Shown here piece after piece: positions 46,555-58,640 of a stretch of 64,000 nt of DNA. Under the pieces are notes generated by a model that did no database searches, had not been told where the DNA came from, and was given only the letters and a program-made list of their open reading frames with translations. The position numbers and the translations under genes were made by a program. Origin of the DNA: Ostrea edulis (Eukaryota); the NCBI RefSeq assembly GCF_947568905.1, contig NC_079167.1, forward strand, positions 32,550,001-32,614,000, given 5' to 3'. Positions within the stretch are counted from its first letter, which is position 1. Every line of letters begins with the position of its first letter.

Positions 46555-49500
46555 CTAATGACAGTTGACTGGCTTCAGTCCGGAGTCAGTACAGAGATCT
46601 GGTGGATCCTCTCCCACGGGCGTCATCGTGTCTCCTCGCGCCATCAAGTGCTGCAAACAAAATAATACATATCAGCAACAGAATAATATACTGGTACTAC
46701 GCCGTCATAGAATTAAAAGAGCCCAAACCCACACTAAAAACATATTCTGAATAACAAGAAAGTTTCTAAATTGAAAACTATAAACTATTCATTTTGGGCT
46801 TTGTATCATTTTGAAAACATAGAGTGTGCATTACACTGATGAATATTCATACCTGGGATTGATTTGCATTCTGCTGGTAGAAGTTCTGAAGTTGTTCTGA
46901 AAAAAAGTCACAAATGGTTTTACAGGTATACACATTCCCACTTCTATCTGCAGGATTTACAGACATGTGAACAGAAATACAAAAAGACAAGTAGTGACAG
47001 CATCTCCTGTGTGATAAGTATAATACCTACCTCTGGTGAACACACTGCCACAAATTTCACAGACAGTCCGAGAGGGATGGTTTGTGTAAGTACAATTTGG
47101 ACAGTTCCAGGCCCCGGGAAGCTGCTCCGGACACAGCTGGGCTTTGTTTGTCATTTGGGGTCGTGAGTACTCAGTCGATGCGTCTAAACAGGAAATACTG
47201 ATCATAAAATGATGTACATATGAGATTCTCAGAACATTCACACTGCTGGAAGAACCATTTTCAGCCTGTGAATTCTTTTATCAACTTTATCCAATACAAA
47301 TTCTATTCCAATTATATAAGGGTCAACAAATTTTGATGGGAATTTTAAAACAAATAATTTTGAATACCCTTTGATATAAATTTGTCAAGTACAGTTGTGC
47401 AGTTCATGTGGAATTTCACAGCAGATAAAAGATTTACAAATCACGTAACCTAAATAAATTCAACAAAGGCACAATATAATTTTCAACAAGATATTCTCTG
47501 CATCGGTTTCCTTACTCTGATGTCGTCCTGTTTGGAACAAGTATGGGGCTACAGGCTGTGCCATTGGGTCCGACTCTGGCTGACCTCTATAGGGGTTGAG
47601 ATACTCCCCCATGGGCGGGCGACTGGTCATCTGGTGGTAGTACTGCTGCTGGCTGTTGACCTCCTTCTCACGCTGAAGCTAGGAATGACCAGAATCATTT
47701 ACATAATTTGCATTACAACTGAAATTGTGATTAAGAAAAAATAATGGCCATGTTTACAGGATTTGATAATGAATGACTTCAGAGGTTAAGAAATTTTGTT
47801 TGTTGATATAAACTGTGAGGCAAAATTGAACTTTGTGATACTTTTTTTTTTCAAGCAAAATTTTAAGTTATTCCTCATTAAATACGATAATCTGGCCACA
47901 CCAAATACATGTATATTTCATTGTCTCTATAAAAGAGAAATAAACATGGTTGTACTATGGCCTGAGATGATTGAACTTGTCAAGATATTGACAGCTTTTA
48001 GAGTTATATTGCAAACATTCTATAAATGTTGGACAGTTCTGAGATTGAAGTGATTCGTGTTCATAAACCATTCCAACCTCTGTAGTTTATTGAGGAATAC
48101 TTGAACTTTGACTTTTATAAAGATAACTATAGCAGAAAGCACTTGTAACAGTCATAAATATGTCAAGTCTACCTCTTTCTTAAGCTTTTGATTTTCTGAA
48201 TGCAGTTGTACATTTTCTGTCATGGTTTGTTTCACATTTTTTTCTGCACTGCGAAGCTGTAAAAACAAGTACAGTTAATTTGTACAATTATATACACTCA
48301 TAAATCCATCAAAAATAAATTCTTGGCATTCCTGAACAAAACACACACATCTTCCTCCCGAAATCCTTTGTGAATATCTAAACAAACACTGACCTGTCTC
48401 TCAAACCCCTTCAGCTGATCTTGTAGAGTCCTAACTTTCCTTTGGTCAGCTTCCATTTGTTTCCTGAGATCGTCCTTAACAGACTGAGCATGAGCACGAT
48501 CACTTCTTTCTCTATCAAAGTCTTCTTTAAAAACTGTCAACTAAATGCAAATAAGCACATTGATCAGACCTTTGTATGGGATTGCCAATATGAATGTTGA
48601 GCTCCTTGACTCTTGTGTGACAGAGAGACAACAAGGACATATGTACCTGTTCCCTGAGGACTGCGTTTTCCTGTTTCAGGTCTTCTCTACTGGGGCCCTC
48701 AGTTAGACCAATCAATCCACTGGTACTTCCCGTCCCCTACCAAAAACATAACAGGCAATAATGTAGGGGATAAGAATGTTTATCGCATTTCATCCAATCA
48801 CGATACTGTAAACCAACTTTTATTCGCGTGCGAGAAATTTTTGCGAGGTTCATGAGAACCTCTTCATTGTGAATATTTTTCGCCACGAACTAGACCTTTC
48901 ATCTTTTGTGTATGTTTAAGATTATCTTGGTAGCGAAAATCAGTTACTGTGAACCAGTTCCTCACTGCTAATTCGCAAATAGAGTCATCGCGAATAAATG
49001 TCGGTTTACAGATAACATGACAAAATCTCTTGACCTTTGACCGGAACTTACCCTTAGGACAGTGACCTCAGCTTCTAGAGCACTTTTTTCCCTGTTGAGT
49101 CTGGTGATGACTTCCTTGTCTTGATAAATCTCTGCCTCTAAAGCCTCCACTCTTATGACCTGTCTGTCTAGTCTTTGCTGTAAATCTTCTCGTCTAGCCT
49201 AAAAATAAACATGACAGAACTTTAACTCTTACAAAAGCACCCTTCTCACAATCCTTGTTAGACATTTTGTAAATCTTCTTTTCTGTATATCATTGAATCC
49301 TTTTGTAAGCGTCTCTCCAAAATCTGGAATCTGCAGTTGTCGTCATACCTCTGCTTCTGTAGTTCTTTCTTTTGCGTTCAAAAGGATCTTGTCGAATTCC
49401 TCCTGTCGTTTCTGGTCCTGAGACTTATAGCTTGTGATCTCCTCCTTCAGTTGGTCAGTCTCTGCCTTCAACTTTTCTTTGTCCCTCGTCCACTGGCTGA

Positions 49501-52243
49501 ATAAGTCTCGCCATTTCTGGATCTCTTTCTGATACTGACAAAAAAATTCATACATTCAAATATGCAATCCTGTTTTACAGACAAGTTTTGACTTTTTTTG
49601 GTTCAGTGGAGATTTTCTTCACACACCTCATCTTAATTTCACTATTTCTAAATTATCTCTCCTTGAAAGGCAACATGAACCTTGATTCAATAAACTTGAT
49701 TCTTCTTAGTACACTGTTTGGTAAGTTTAGTTGAATTGACCCTGTGGTTGTTGAGATGAAGGTGAAGATGCGAAATATTTATACCAGACAAACATAATGA
49801 CAGACAACAGTTGATAAAACAAGCTCACTCGAGCCTTTGGTGAAATAAACAAAAATCTTCTCAAAATATTTACAGACTTTGCCTGATACATGTACTTACT
49901 TTTTCAATAGTTTCCTGTTCTCTTCCACTGACTCTTCCATTTTCTATTTTCTGATTTATAAAAATAAAAATATATCATATAGAAATCACAATTCTTTGTC
50001 CAAAACCGGGAAGAATTTGGTTATTTTGATATTCTAATAATTTTGTTATTCAAATAAATCCAGGAAAAAGATTATCTGTGCATTAGTTGGTCTATTCATC
50101 TTCTAGTCTAAATTTTGATTATCGTCCATGCTCCACATATCGCATTACACCACACAACATATGCAGTACCTGTGTCTCTGTATGTCTGTGCTGTTCCCAG
50201 TCCAGAACCTGTGTCTGTGAGGACAGAGAGGAGGAGGGACTCAGGTTGTTGACCTGATGCTCCAGTTGTTGGATTTTTTGCAGCAGACGACGATTCTGAG
50301 ACCTGAAAGTCACATAGACACTCATTCAAGTTCTCTAGCTAGCTGAACATACTGTGGCAAATTCATGTCAGGATACACAATTTTTTTCTTTTATTTCTAT
50401 TAAATGTTATTTGCATCATTGTATTTCATTTTAAGCCTATTTCTATTCCAAGAGATGCATTAATCGAGACTCATACTTATAGGAGCATCATTCAGTATAT
50501 CGATCATCAGAGTAAAGCAATCAGGAGTCTCTCAAGGTATTGTTTATTTTGGTAATCAAAACTTTAACCTAGCAATGATAATGTGCTTACTTTTGCAGTT
50601 CCAATTCCTCTTTCAGAGCTAAATTGCATGTCTGTAAAAAAGACAGTTATTGCTATCAATTTCCTTCATTCTGTTTAGCAGTTAACAAAACTGGTGCAAA
50701 GTCCATCAAAAGTTCAGAACAATATAGAACTGCACCCAAATGTGGGTTGTTGGGGTTTTTTTCATCAAAAATACAATAAGTACATAAAGGCCTGAGAAGC
50801 AGATAATGAACTTTTTGAGGCCTACTGGAAATACTAAAATCTTATCAATTTTTGATTCACTCATTTTGCTCCACACACCAATGTGAAGTTTCTAATGCTG
50901 ACAAACCTTGAACTTTTTGGTATCCTCTTCTTGTTTTTCTATTTCTGGTACAAGCTCCTCCAAAAATTTTCTCATCTTCTCGGCGGGGCCATCTGTGGTC
51001 AGATCCATGGCAACCGCTACCTGGCTTACCTTGATACTCAGAATGGTTTCTTCTTCTTTTGGGGCTTCATTTGACTGTAAACAACACAAATGTAAACATG
51101 ATAATATTGTGTTCAGCAGAATGGGGCAACATTGCAGTTAGTGTAAAATTTGATTTCACTCTTTATCAAATTACATAATTTGACAAGGATTACCTTCTCT
51201 ATTAATCATTTCTTCATTATCAGATAAATAAAAGAAATAATAGGCATTTCTGGTTTAAAACTCAGTTACCAGATTCTGACTTTAAGTTAAGATATTTGAA
51301 ATGACTTACGTTTTGAACGATCAGTGGATCAAAAAGTTCTTCCTGGGGGCTGCTAATGACCTGATTTGCCTCAGTTACTGATGGAAACTCCATCAAATTG
51401 AAGCTATTACTGGAACTATAGTTGACCTTCGTTGAGAGCTGGCGGTTTAAGTTGTCTGACATTTGGGCCTGATTGGGAATGATTTCGAAAAGTGATCCTG
51501 AAGGGGTAGGGTCTATCCTCTCAAAACTGGAAGCTGATTCCGAGGTGCGTGTACTTCGATTTTTTGTCGAATGGTTCTCGAATTCTAGCGACTCTTGTGT
51601 TGGCATCTTGTCATCCAGAACGGGCTTAGCTTGTGTGGGATCATCTTCTGGGAGTGAGGCGAGTGTTGCTGTCTGATTGTGAATGTAGCTGGGGAAATGT
51701 TCCGTAACGCGGTTGTGTTGGATGACGTTACCTGGGGTGGCGGTTTGGTTTTTGTCCTTTGTAGAAACCGTCTGCTGCTTCTGAAGAATCAATTACGTCA
51801 AATATCACAATACAATTACATATTGCTGTAGCCATCCTATTAGACATATCAATATAGTTGCAAGGGAACTAATCAAAACTGTTTCATTCCTTATTGTTTT
51901 AAAGGGCGTGTCAATTACATTATTAACAAATTAAGCGAGCCAAGACAAAAAATATCATTCAAATGAACTGGTTATTGACAAGGAAGCAATTAACATGTAC
52001 TGAGGATAATAACAAGTGCTCTTTATAACCTCTATTTCGTTTTCCATTACGTCAGATGATGATTGGCTGGTTTTTTGTATCGATTCTAACTTCTCACGGA
52101 GAGCTTTATTTTCCTCCTGAAGTGTTTGACACTCTTCTTTTTTCTCAAGTAGCAAATTTCCTGTGATAAGAAGCCATTACATTTTAATTATCAAAAAAGA
52201 CCTTCATATTTTGTTAATTTCTCTGGACAAAATAGATTGTGAC

Positions 52244-52277
<34 letters not shown>

Positions 52278-52456
52278 ATGACAAAAACAATGAGTTTCAA
52301 ATTTGACCATATTGCATGTAAACAGACTGCATAACAACCTAAAGTTACATATCCTCGAATTTTTCCGTGTAACAGCTGGTTTTCCTCTTGGAGTTGCCGG
52401 AGTTCGTGAACATTATTAGAGAGGGGTAGGGAGGTTTGAGTGGCATGATGGGACAT
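46555..52456 (-). CDS. TNIP1/ABIN-like polyubiquitin-binding protein with UBAN and C-terminal NZF (RanBP2-type) zinc finger, ~740 aa, 16 coding exons
   Basis: Exons (-): 52456-52339, 52160-52030 (alternative donor 52051), 51780-51310, 51074-50907, 50631-50591, 50302-50170, 49950-49900, 49534-49349, 49198-49052, 48736-48647, 48540-48394, 48256-48173, 47678-47516, 47183-47031, 46896-46853, 46650-46555. All are GT-AG with compatible phases (2223 nt). Motifs: LQEENQLLHGKIRGYVTLGNLL (TNIP1 N-terminal-like), QKRQEEFDKILLNAK (TNIP AHD-like), LREQLTVFKEDFDRERSDR (UBAN) and WNCPNCTYTNHPSRTVCEICG (NZF). Confidence 0.85.
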
Positions 52457-54253
52457 TCTCGCTGCTTGATATCCCTGGAACAAGCATGGTGTCTAGCACA
52501 TCATTATCAGTCTGTAAAAAATAATATTTCCATTATCATTTCATATTTGTTTGTTTTTTTCTTCTTTACTCACTGCTTACATCTTTTCATTCTGTTATAC
52601 TTCTCTAAACTGTAATCCAGTTTAAGAGAATAAAAATATTGTCATATTGAAAAAAAAAAAAAACAACCAGAAAAATTGACTTGAAAATGTAAACACATAA
52701 TTAGGCCTGTGTTAGATCTAATTATGTCTAACACTTGTCTGTTCCAGGTTTCCCATTATTCATTATTGGGTCACCTAGCCATTTCCAATTTACTTATTTA
52801 TTGTAACAGCTTATATAATTACTCTTACAGTAATTAATGTCACAATTAATTATACATCTGACTGAGCTTCATAGGTATATCATTATGTCAATATGATGGT
52901 GTCTGCTCCAAGATAGCTAGGGGATCAAATTCTGAAATTAACTAATTACTGAAGGAAGTTAGGGGGGGGGACTTCGGTCATTTAGTAATTTCATCATGAT
53001 TTTGATTATTGATACCTTTACACAAACACATAAGGAAAAAGTATTCAAAAATAATATATAATAATCCAGTATCTTGTTTACTGAATCCTTTCAATCTTGT
53101 TTCTACAAAAGAAATGTGTTTATATACGATCTATAAAACTCTTCAAACCTTAGAAACAAAGGCTTGTTACAACTATAAACATATAAAACAATGCACATGT
53201 ATTTTCGTATCACATGGCTAACAACACTTATATATGTGCTTTAGGGCAAATAAAGAACTTTTAAGTTTGAAGTTTAAAAACTGATATCAGCTGACTATAG
53301 TAACCTAGTTCTGTATCATACACTAACCTATGATTATATTGGACACAGCTAGGAACCATGAACTTTCTCTCTTTCTCTAAATGACTACAGTTGTTATTTC
53401 TCTGCTTTGTGATTTTTATCTACATCTAGCCATGATATAAGGTTTTCAGAAAACTTAACCAGTACATCTAACATGATATACAATTAACTGTACCACTAAA
53501 TCAGACACTGATGTCAGCTCTGTATTAAGAGTTATCAGCTAGATTTTCAGGGGAGTTCATAGAACTTTTGTCATTTCCTGTAAACTGAAAATTCCTCCTT
53601 CCAATGTGTTATTTCTATGAACATATCTATAAATATTGATCAATATCAGACCCTACATTAGGGGTGGGTGAACAATACACTTAAAAGATTATGATGAAGC
53701 ACTGTCAAAATAGTAACAAAAAATCCACACAAGACTATTTCGTTGTAGGCTTAATATAGTCACAGGGTGGGACACACGGTAACGTACAGTGCAGTATTAC
53801 TCACACGTAAAATCAGAAACTGAAAATAGACATATGTGCAACTATTGCCAAAAGAACAGGCCTTGGAAATTATTATCTAGCACAATATGGTCTCGTTGGA
53901 CCTTGACTTTAATCCCCCTTTTCAAAGAAAACTGCTAATATTAAAAGAACTAAAAATGGTTACTTACGTTGTATATAAACTATTGAAGAAATGTAAACAG
54001 GTCGTAATTTTACGGTTTTCCATTCAAATTTTTATTGGACAAACGAGTTATTTCCTCAAACGACGTAATAAAAAATGTGCGAAAACGAAAATAGTTACAT
54101 TTTATTGAAAACTCATCGGGAATAAAACTGAAGGTTAAAATAAGATATATTTTTCTAAAAAGATGTAACAAAACAGGTTTACTTACTATGTTAGAAGATA
54201 GACATGTAGAAAGAAGAAATAAGAATACGAACGATCTAAAATGCGGAATAATA

Positions 54254-54264
54254 GGGAAATCCCC
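54254..54264 (-). promoter_or_regulatory. Canonical NF-kB (kB) site upstream of the TNIP-like gene
   Basis: GGGAAATCCCC on + (GGGGATTTCCC on the gene strand), close to candidate non-coding-exon donors at ~54186 and ~53967. Function untested. Confidence 0.5.
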
Positions 54265-55489
54265 TTATAAGATATATATAGAACAAAGCACAATGATTTA
54301 TGACCTCATGAAAATCATTATTTGACTACTGTTAACGAGAGGAAATTCACCACATTTTTCTCTGAGTAATATAAGTCTCATTATAAAAACGAGTTACTAT
54401 TTTGAATGCTATATAAAATCTCATCCCGCATATTTAAAACGAATATTTTATTGTAAGGCATCCTTAAAATATTGAAACCAATTTGACCGTAATAGGGTCT
54501 GTAAGTCTCGTCATGTGATTGCCGAGATTTAGCGAGATTATTAACTTCCGGGTACATCAACATCTCAGATTGCACTATGTAGAGAGTGGTATACATAGAT
54601 ATAGCGTTATCAATCGATTATGTGGAGGTTTTAACGAGATAAACATGGGAATTGAAGCATTAGTGGAGTGGTCGAGGATTCTTCGCTTCGTGTTTGACGA
54701 ATTACGTGTAATAACCGCCAGTGTACAAGCATCGACGAGGGTACGTCTTCCAGATAAAGAGCAGGTTGGTAAAAGCATAATCTATGAACTAGAGAGATGT
54801 ACGATACGTTTTTATATCTCAAATCATTCCAATTGAAAGTATATTAATACTTGAAAATAAAAACGGATTATGCATAAAACTTGCTTTGTATTTATACGAA
54901 CGTACTGGGGAGATCGGAAGGGGGTGGGTGGGTGGGTGAACAACGATACTACATTTACGCACCTGCAGTGTACAGTTGTTTATTCAATAAACAAAGCGCA
55001 TTAAATATGCCTATCTATATCAGTTACATCACAGATGGGTTAAGATTGTTTAATATTTTATAGATATGCCTTGAATCTGAGGATAAAGGTGTTGTGCATT
55101 GTGCAGTCATCATTAATGTGGATGTCTGATGCCAGTATGCCCATAATGGGGCAGTATAAGTGTCGATCTTCATATGACAGCAAATTTTCAAAGGCAGGTA
55201 CACAATCTAAAGATAAAATAATGTCAATACATGTTTGGATCTATATCGTATGATTATAATAATTATAAGTTTATATGTTGTAAACTTTCTTTCTTTTTAG
55301 AAATTTCTTTCTTTATAAACTGTCTTGCTGTTATGCCCTCTGGGCCCAAAATTGGAATAAACTTATCTTATCTATACCCAAAGTAGGTAATAAATGGGTT
55401 CGAACTGTGAAGATAAAATTTTTACATGTAGATATATTGGAATTTTTCAGATATAAGAAGGCAAATAAAACTGTTCAATGTAAAGTACG

Positions 55490-56210
55490 TCAGTAGTTGG
55501 ATAAAACATCCAAAGTCGGCACAGTCAAAGTGGAGGAATTAACTGCATCCTCATTCCGCAGGGCAACAGGCCATTTTCAGCAACCCCTGAAATTCTTAAT
55601 TGAGGCTAAGTGCCCATTTTCAGCTCGAACAATGACAATTAAAGAGGCCTGTGCAAATGTTGGGATTTCCCTCTTGGTAAGTCAGCTTTATAGATTGAAC
55701 AATTATGTGTATGTGTACCTAATACATGTACATTAGCTGTACATATATGTATTCATATATATCATTATGGATGTATCCAAGTTTATTATAACTTTAAAGT
55801 AACATTTTATGAATGAAATACATATACTACTTAGGCTTCATTGTGATATTGAACTGCTAATGTTCTTTATAAACTTTACTTGCATCAAGTTTTGAATACT
55901 GCAGTACATCTATGTCAAAATAAGTATGCATATTGCAGTATAATACTTTCACCACTCTTCAGAGCACTTGTAAATCAGGTATATTTTATCAATACATGTA
56001 ATGACATTTGCCATTTTAGAATGTGATGCAAGGGATGATTCGCTGCACCTCAAAACAAAATCTGAATATTGGCATCAGATTCAAGGACAACACCACCTGA
56101 AAGACACCCAATGCTGTGATTTGCTAGTGTGGATTCCTAGTGACACTCAAATAATTCACATTGACAAAGATGTATTATGTCAACCTTTTAAGCGTGATAG
56201 AGTTTAATTA
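55490..56210 (+). pseudogene. YqaJ/lambda-exonuclease-like gene remnant of the ISL2EU element
   Basis: LIEAKCPFSARTMTIKEA (PD-(D/E)xK EIKCP-type motif) and LHLKTKSEYWHQIQGQ...CCDLLVWIPSDTQIIHIDKD. Confidence 0.75.
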
Positions 56211-56799
56211 TAATAATGAAGTATTTTTGCAGTCTAAAACACACACACATAACCACATGTACATATACTTTATTATGATATCAGTGGTGCATCTATCAAA
56301 GTTATGTAATTACATGTATATTTATTGAATAAACATTATAGACAAGCGTTTTTCTTATTTTAGATGAACCAAAATACATGTATGTATAGACACAGTGTCC
56401 AGCTTTACAAAAATCATCCAATTACATGCATTTACTCAAACAATGGATTTTACTTCTTTTTTAATAATGCAGATTTGAAAACCTTCAGAATGAGAACAAA
56501 AGGCTTTATATTTGATTGTATATTGTTTAACGTTCCTCTCGAGAATATTTCATTCTGATGGAGACGTTCCAAAGGGCTTTATATTCATATGAATATAAAA
56601 GGCTTTATATTTAAATAAATATGTAGTAAAGTTATATTGCATATATGGTATTCATTACTTTTAACTTTAAAAATTCAATGTGGCAGGTATGTGCAGATTT
56701 AAGGTATATATATATACATGCAATTAATCTAATAAGTTTGTAGGATTTATCTGCAATCTCCTTCAAAAGGGGAACCTGCAAATTCACATGATCCACACA

Positions 56800-58640
56800 A
56801 ATCTGAAATATTTTGTCAGATCAATATCTATAATGGCTAAGGAATTAAAAAAAAAAAGATCTCTCATTTTCCCATCCAACATGGATTCTGCATCTGGAAA
56901 TTTTATAGCAAAGTTGTGCATCCTCTTTTGAGAAGTGGGATTTATTTGTAAGAAAGAATGGGATATTAAGTGTCATGTCATTTGGAAGTTTGTCAAAAAA
57001 ACAAAATCCTTTGTCCGCCAGGAATATATCACCAACTTGCAACTTCTCTAAAATGTCACAATGGTTCACAATTGCCAAATTAGATTTGTATCCAGCATAC
57101 AGATTGGAAATAAGCTGCATTAGGTGTAATACACATTAAGGTCTTTTCTTTGTGGCGACTCTTGTCATTACTGCAAGCGAAAAACTGGCTATTCATATCA
57201 ATTTGGTCATATTAGGTCACTTCTGTTGCATCCATTGCAATCTTCAATTCTTCTTACTTTTATATTTCAGTTGAATGGACACTCCCAACAGTGTTCATGA
57301 TCCCTTCAAACAAAATTTCATGAATATATGAAAAATATCCACAGAAAATGGTGTATACAGCAACATTTATACCCCCCTAAAATTACTAGGTAATTGAATA
57401 TTGTGAAATCTGCGCTGACCTGTGAAATTGATAACTAGTCAGTGTATAGAAAGTGCATTGTTCATTTTTCCTTAACGAACCGCTAAAACATACCTTTCCA
57501 GGGTCTTTCAATTATGATGTTCCCAATTGTCATGGATGGTTTCCTTTAATTAAGCAGGTATATTTCTCACTGCAAGTTTACAACATCATAGTCTTCAAGG
57601 GAAGCTGTAAGAACAAAAGCAATACCATTATAGTATTTGGTGTGCATATAAATTTAGATAACACTGAAATGAGAATGAAGAAAATACAGAAAAACCACCT
57701 GACACAAAACTTAACAACCGTTGTAACTTCCTGGTTTGATGTACTAGAATACTTGTATCGTACACTGTACCTTTTTAAATGTTGAGGGTTTGGTGCTGTT
57801 AATACTCGTGATCATGTAGATGCACTTCATTGTTGTCTGGTACAGATATATTGGTAGCAGTATCAATTTCGGTTCCTACATGTACATTTGAAGCAGATGC
57901 TTCTGCTTCAGCAGGTTTCGTAACTTTGTGTCTATGAAAAAAAGTAATATACCATAAGTTGCTGTTTTTATTGACTTAAAGTGGCTCACTACACAACAAA
58001 GTTGTAGTTTCTGAAATAAGCACAGAATATGAGTGTTACAATCATTCTTTTCAAGGCCATGTGTCACTTTTACATAATTATACAATAAAGATATATGCCA
58101 GTTCTCTTGAAACACAATACAAAATTTAATCATGCAGGACCCTATATAAAGGCAAGTAGTATCAAGAGTGTCCTGTCAACCCTTTCCCCTTTTCCTAACA
58201 AGGTTATTTTTTCTATATTGATACAATAAATAAGTGTTCCTCCCCCCTTTCAGACAGAAGGGAATTATATAGTAAAAGATGTTAATAAATGTTGAAATCA
58301 ATAACGAAGAAAAACTTACCCCCCCCCCCCCCATTTATGAAATTGTAGTACATGTAATTTTTTGCTCTTATTATTTTATTTTTATCAGTTCGTCTGTCAA
58401 AATCTTTTGTAGGCCTACCCCCTCTGAAATATCTAAACAACACATCCAGTATATTCTGTCAGTTTATACCCACGTGTGTTAATTTGACATGATTATTCGT
58501 TGAATTGTGATAATATTACGTACCTACATCTTTGTATCCACCGCTTCCTTACTGTAGCATCGACTAGGAACCTAAATAAACTACATGGCAGGGTTTTCCC
58601 CGTCTCATGTATGCAGCCGATCGCTTAACAATACACCAAA
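56800..58640 (-). pseudogene. THAP-domain DDE transposase remnant (Harbinger/ISL2EU)
   Basis: VYC*AIGC...SLFRFLVDATVRKRWIQRC (~58510-58640), frameshifted LCSEHF (~57990), a DHEY HCF-binding-like motif (~57805), MDATEV...ITPNAA (~57120-57245) and GDIFLADKGF...TLNIPFFL...RIHV (56845-57120); multiple stops and frameshifts. Confidence 0.8.
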
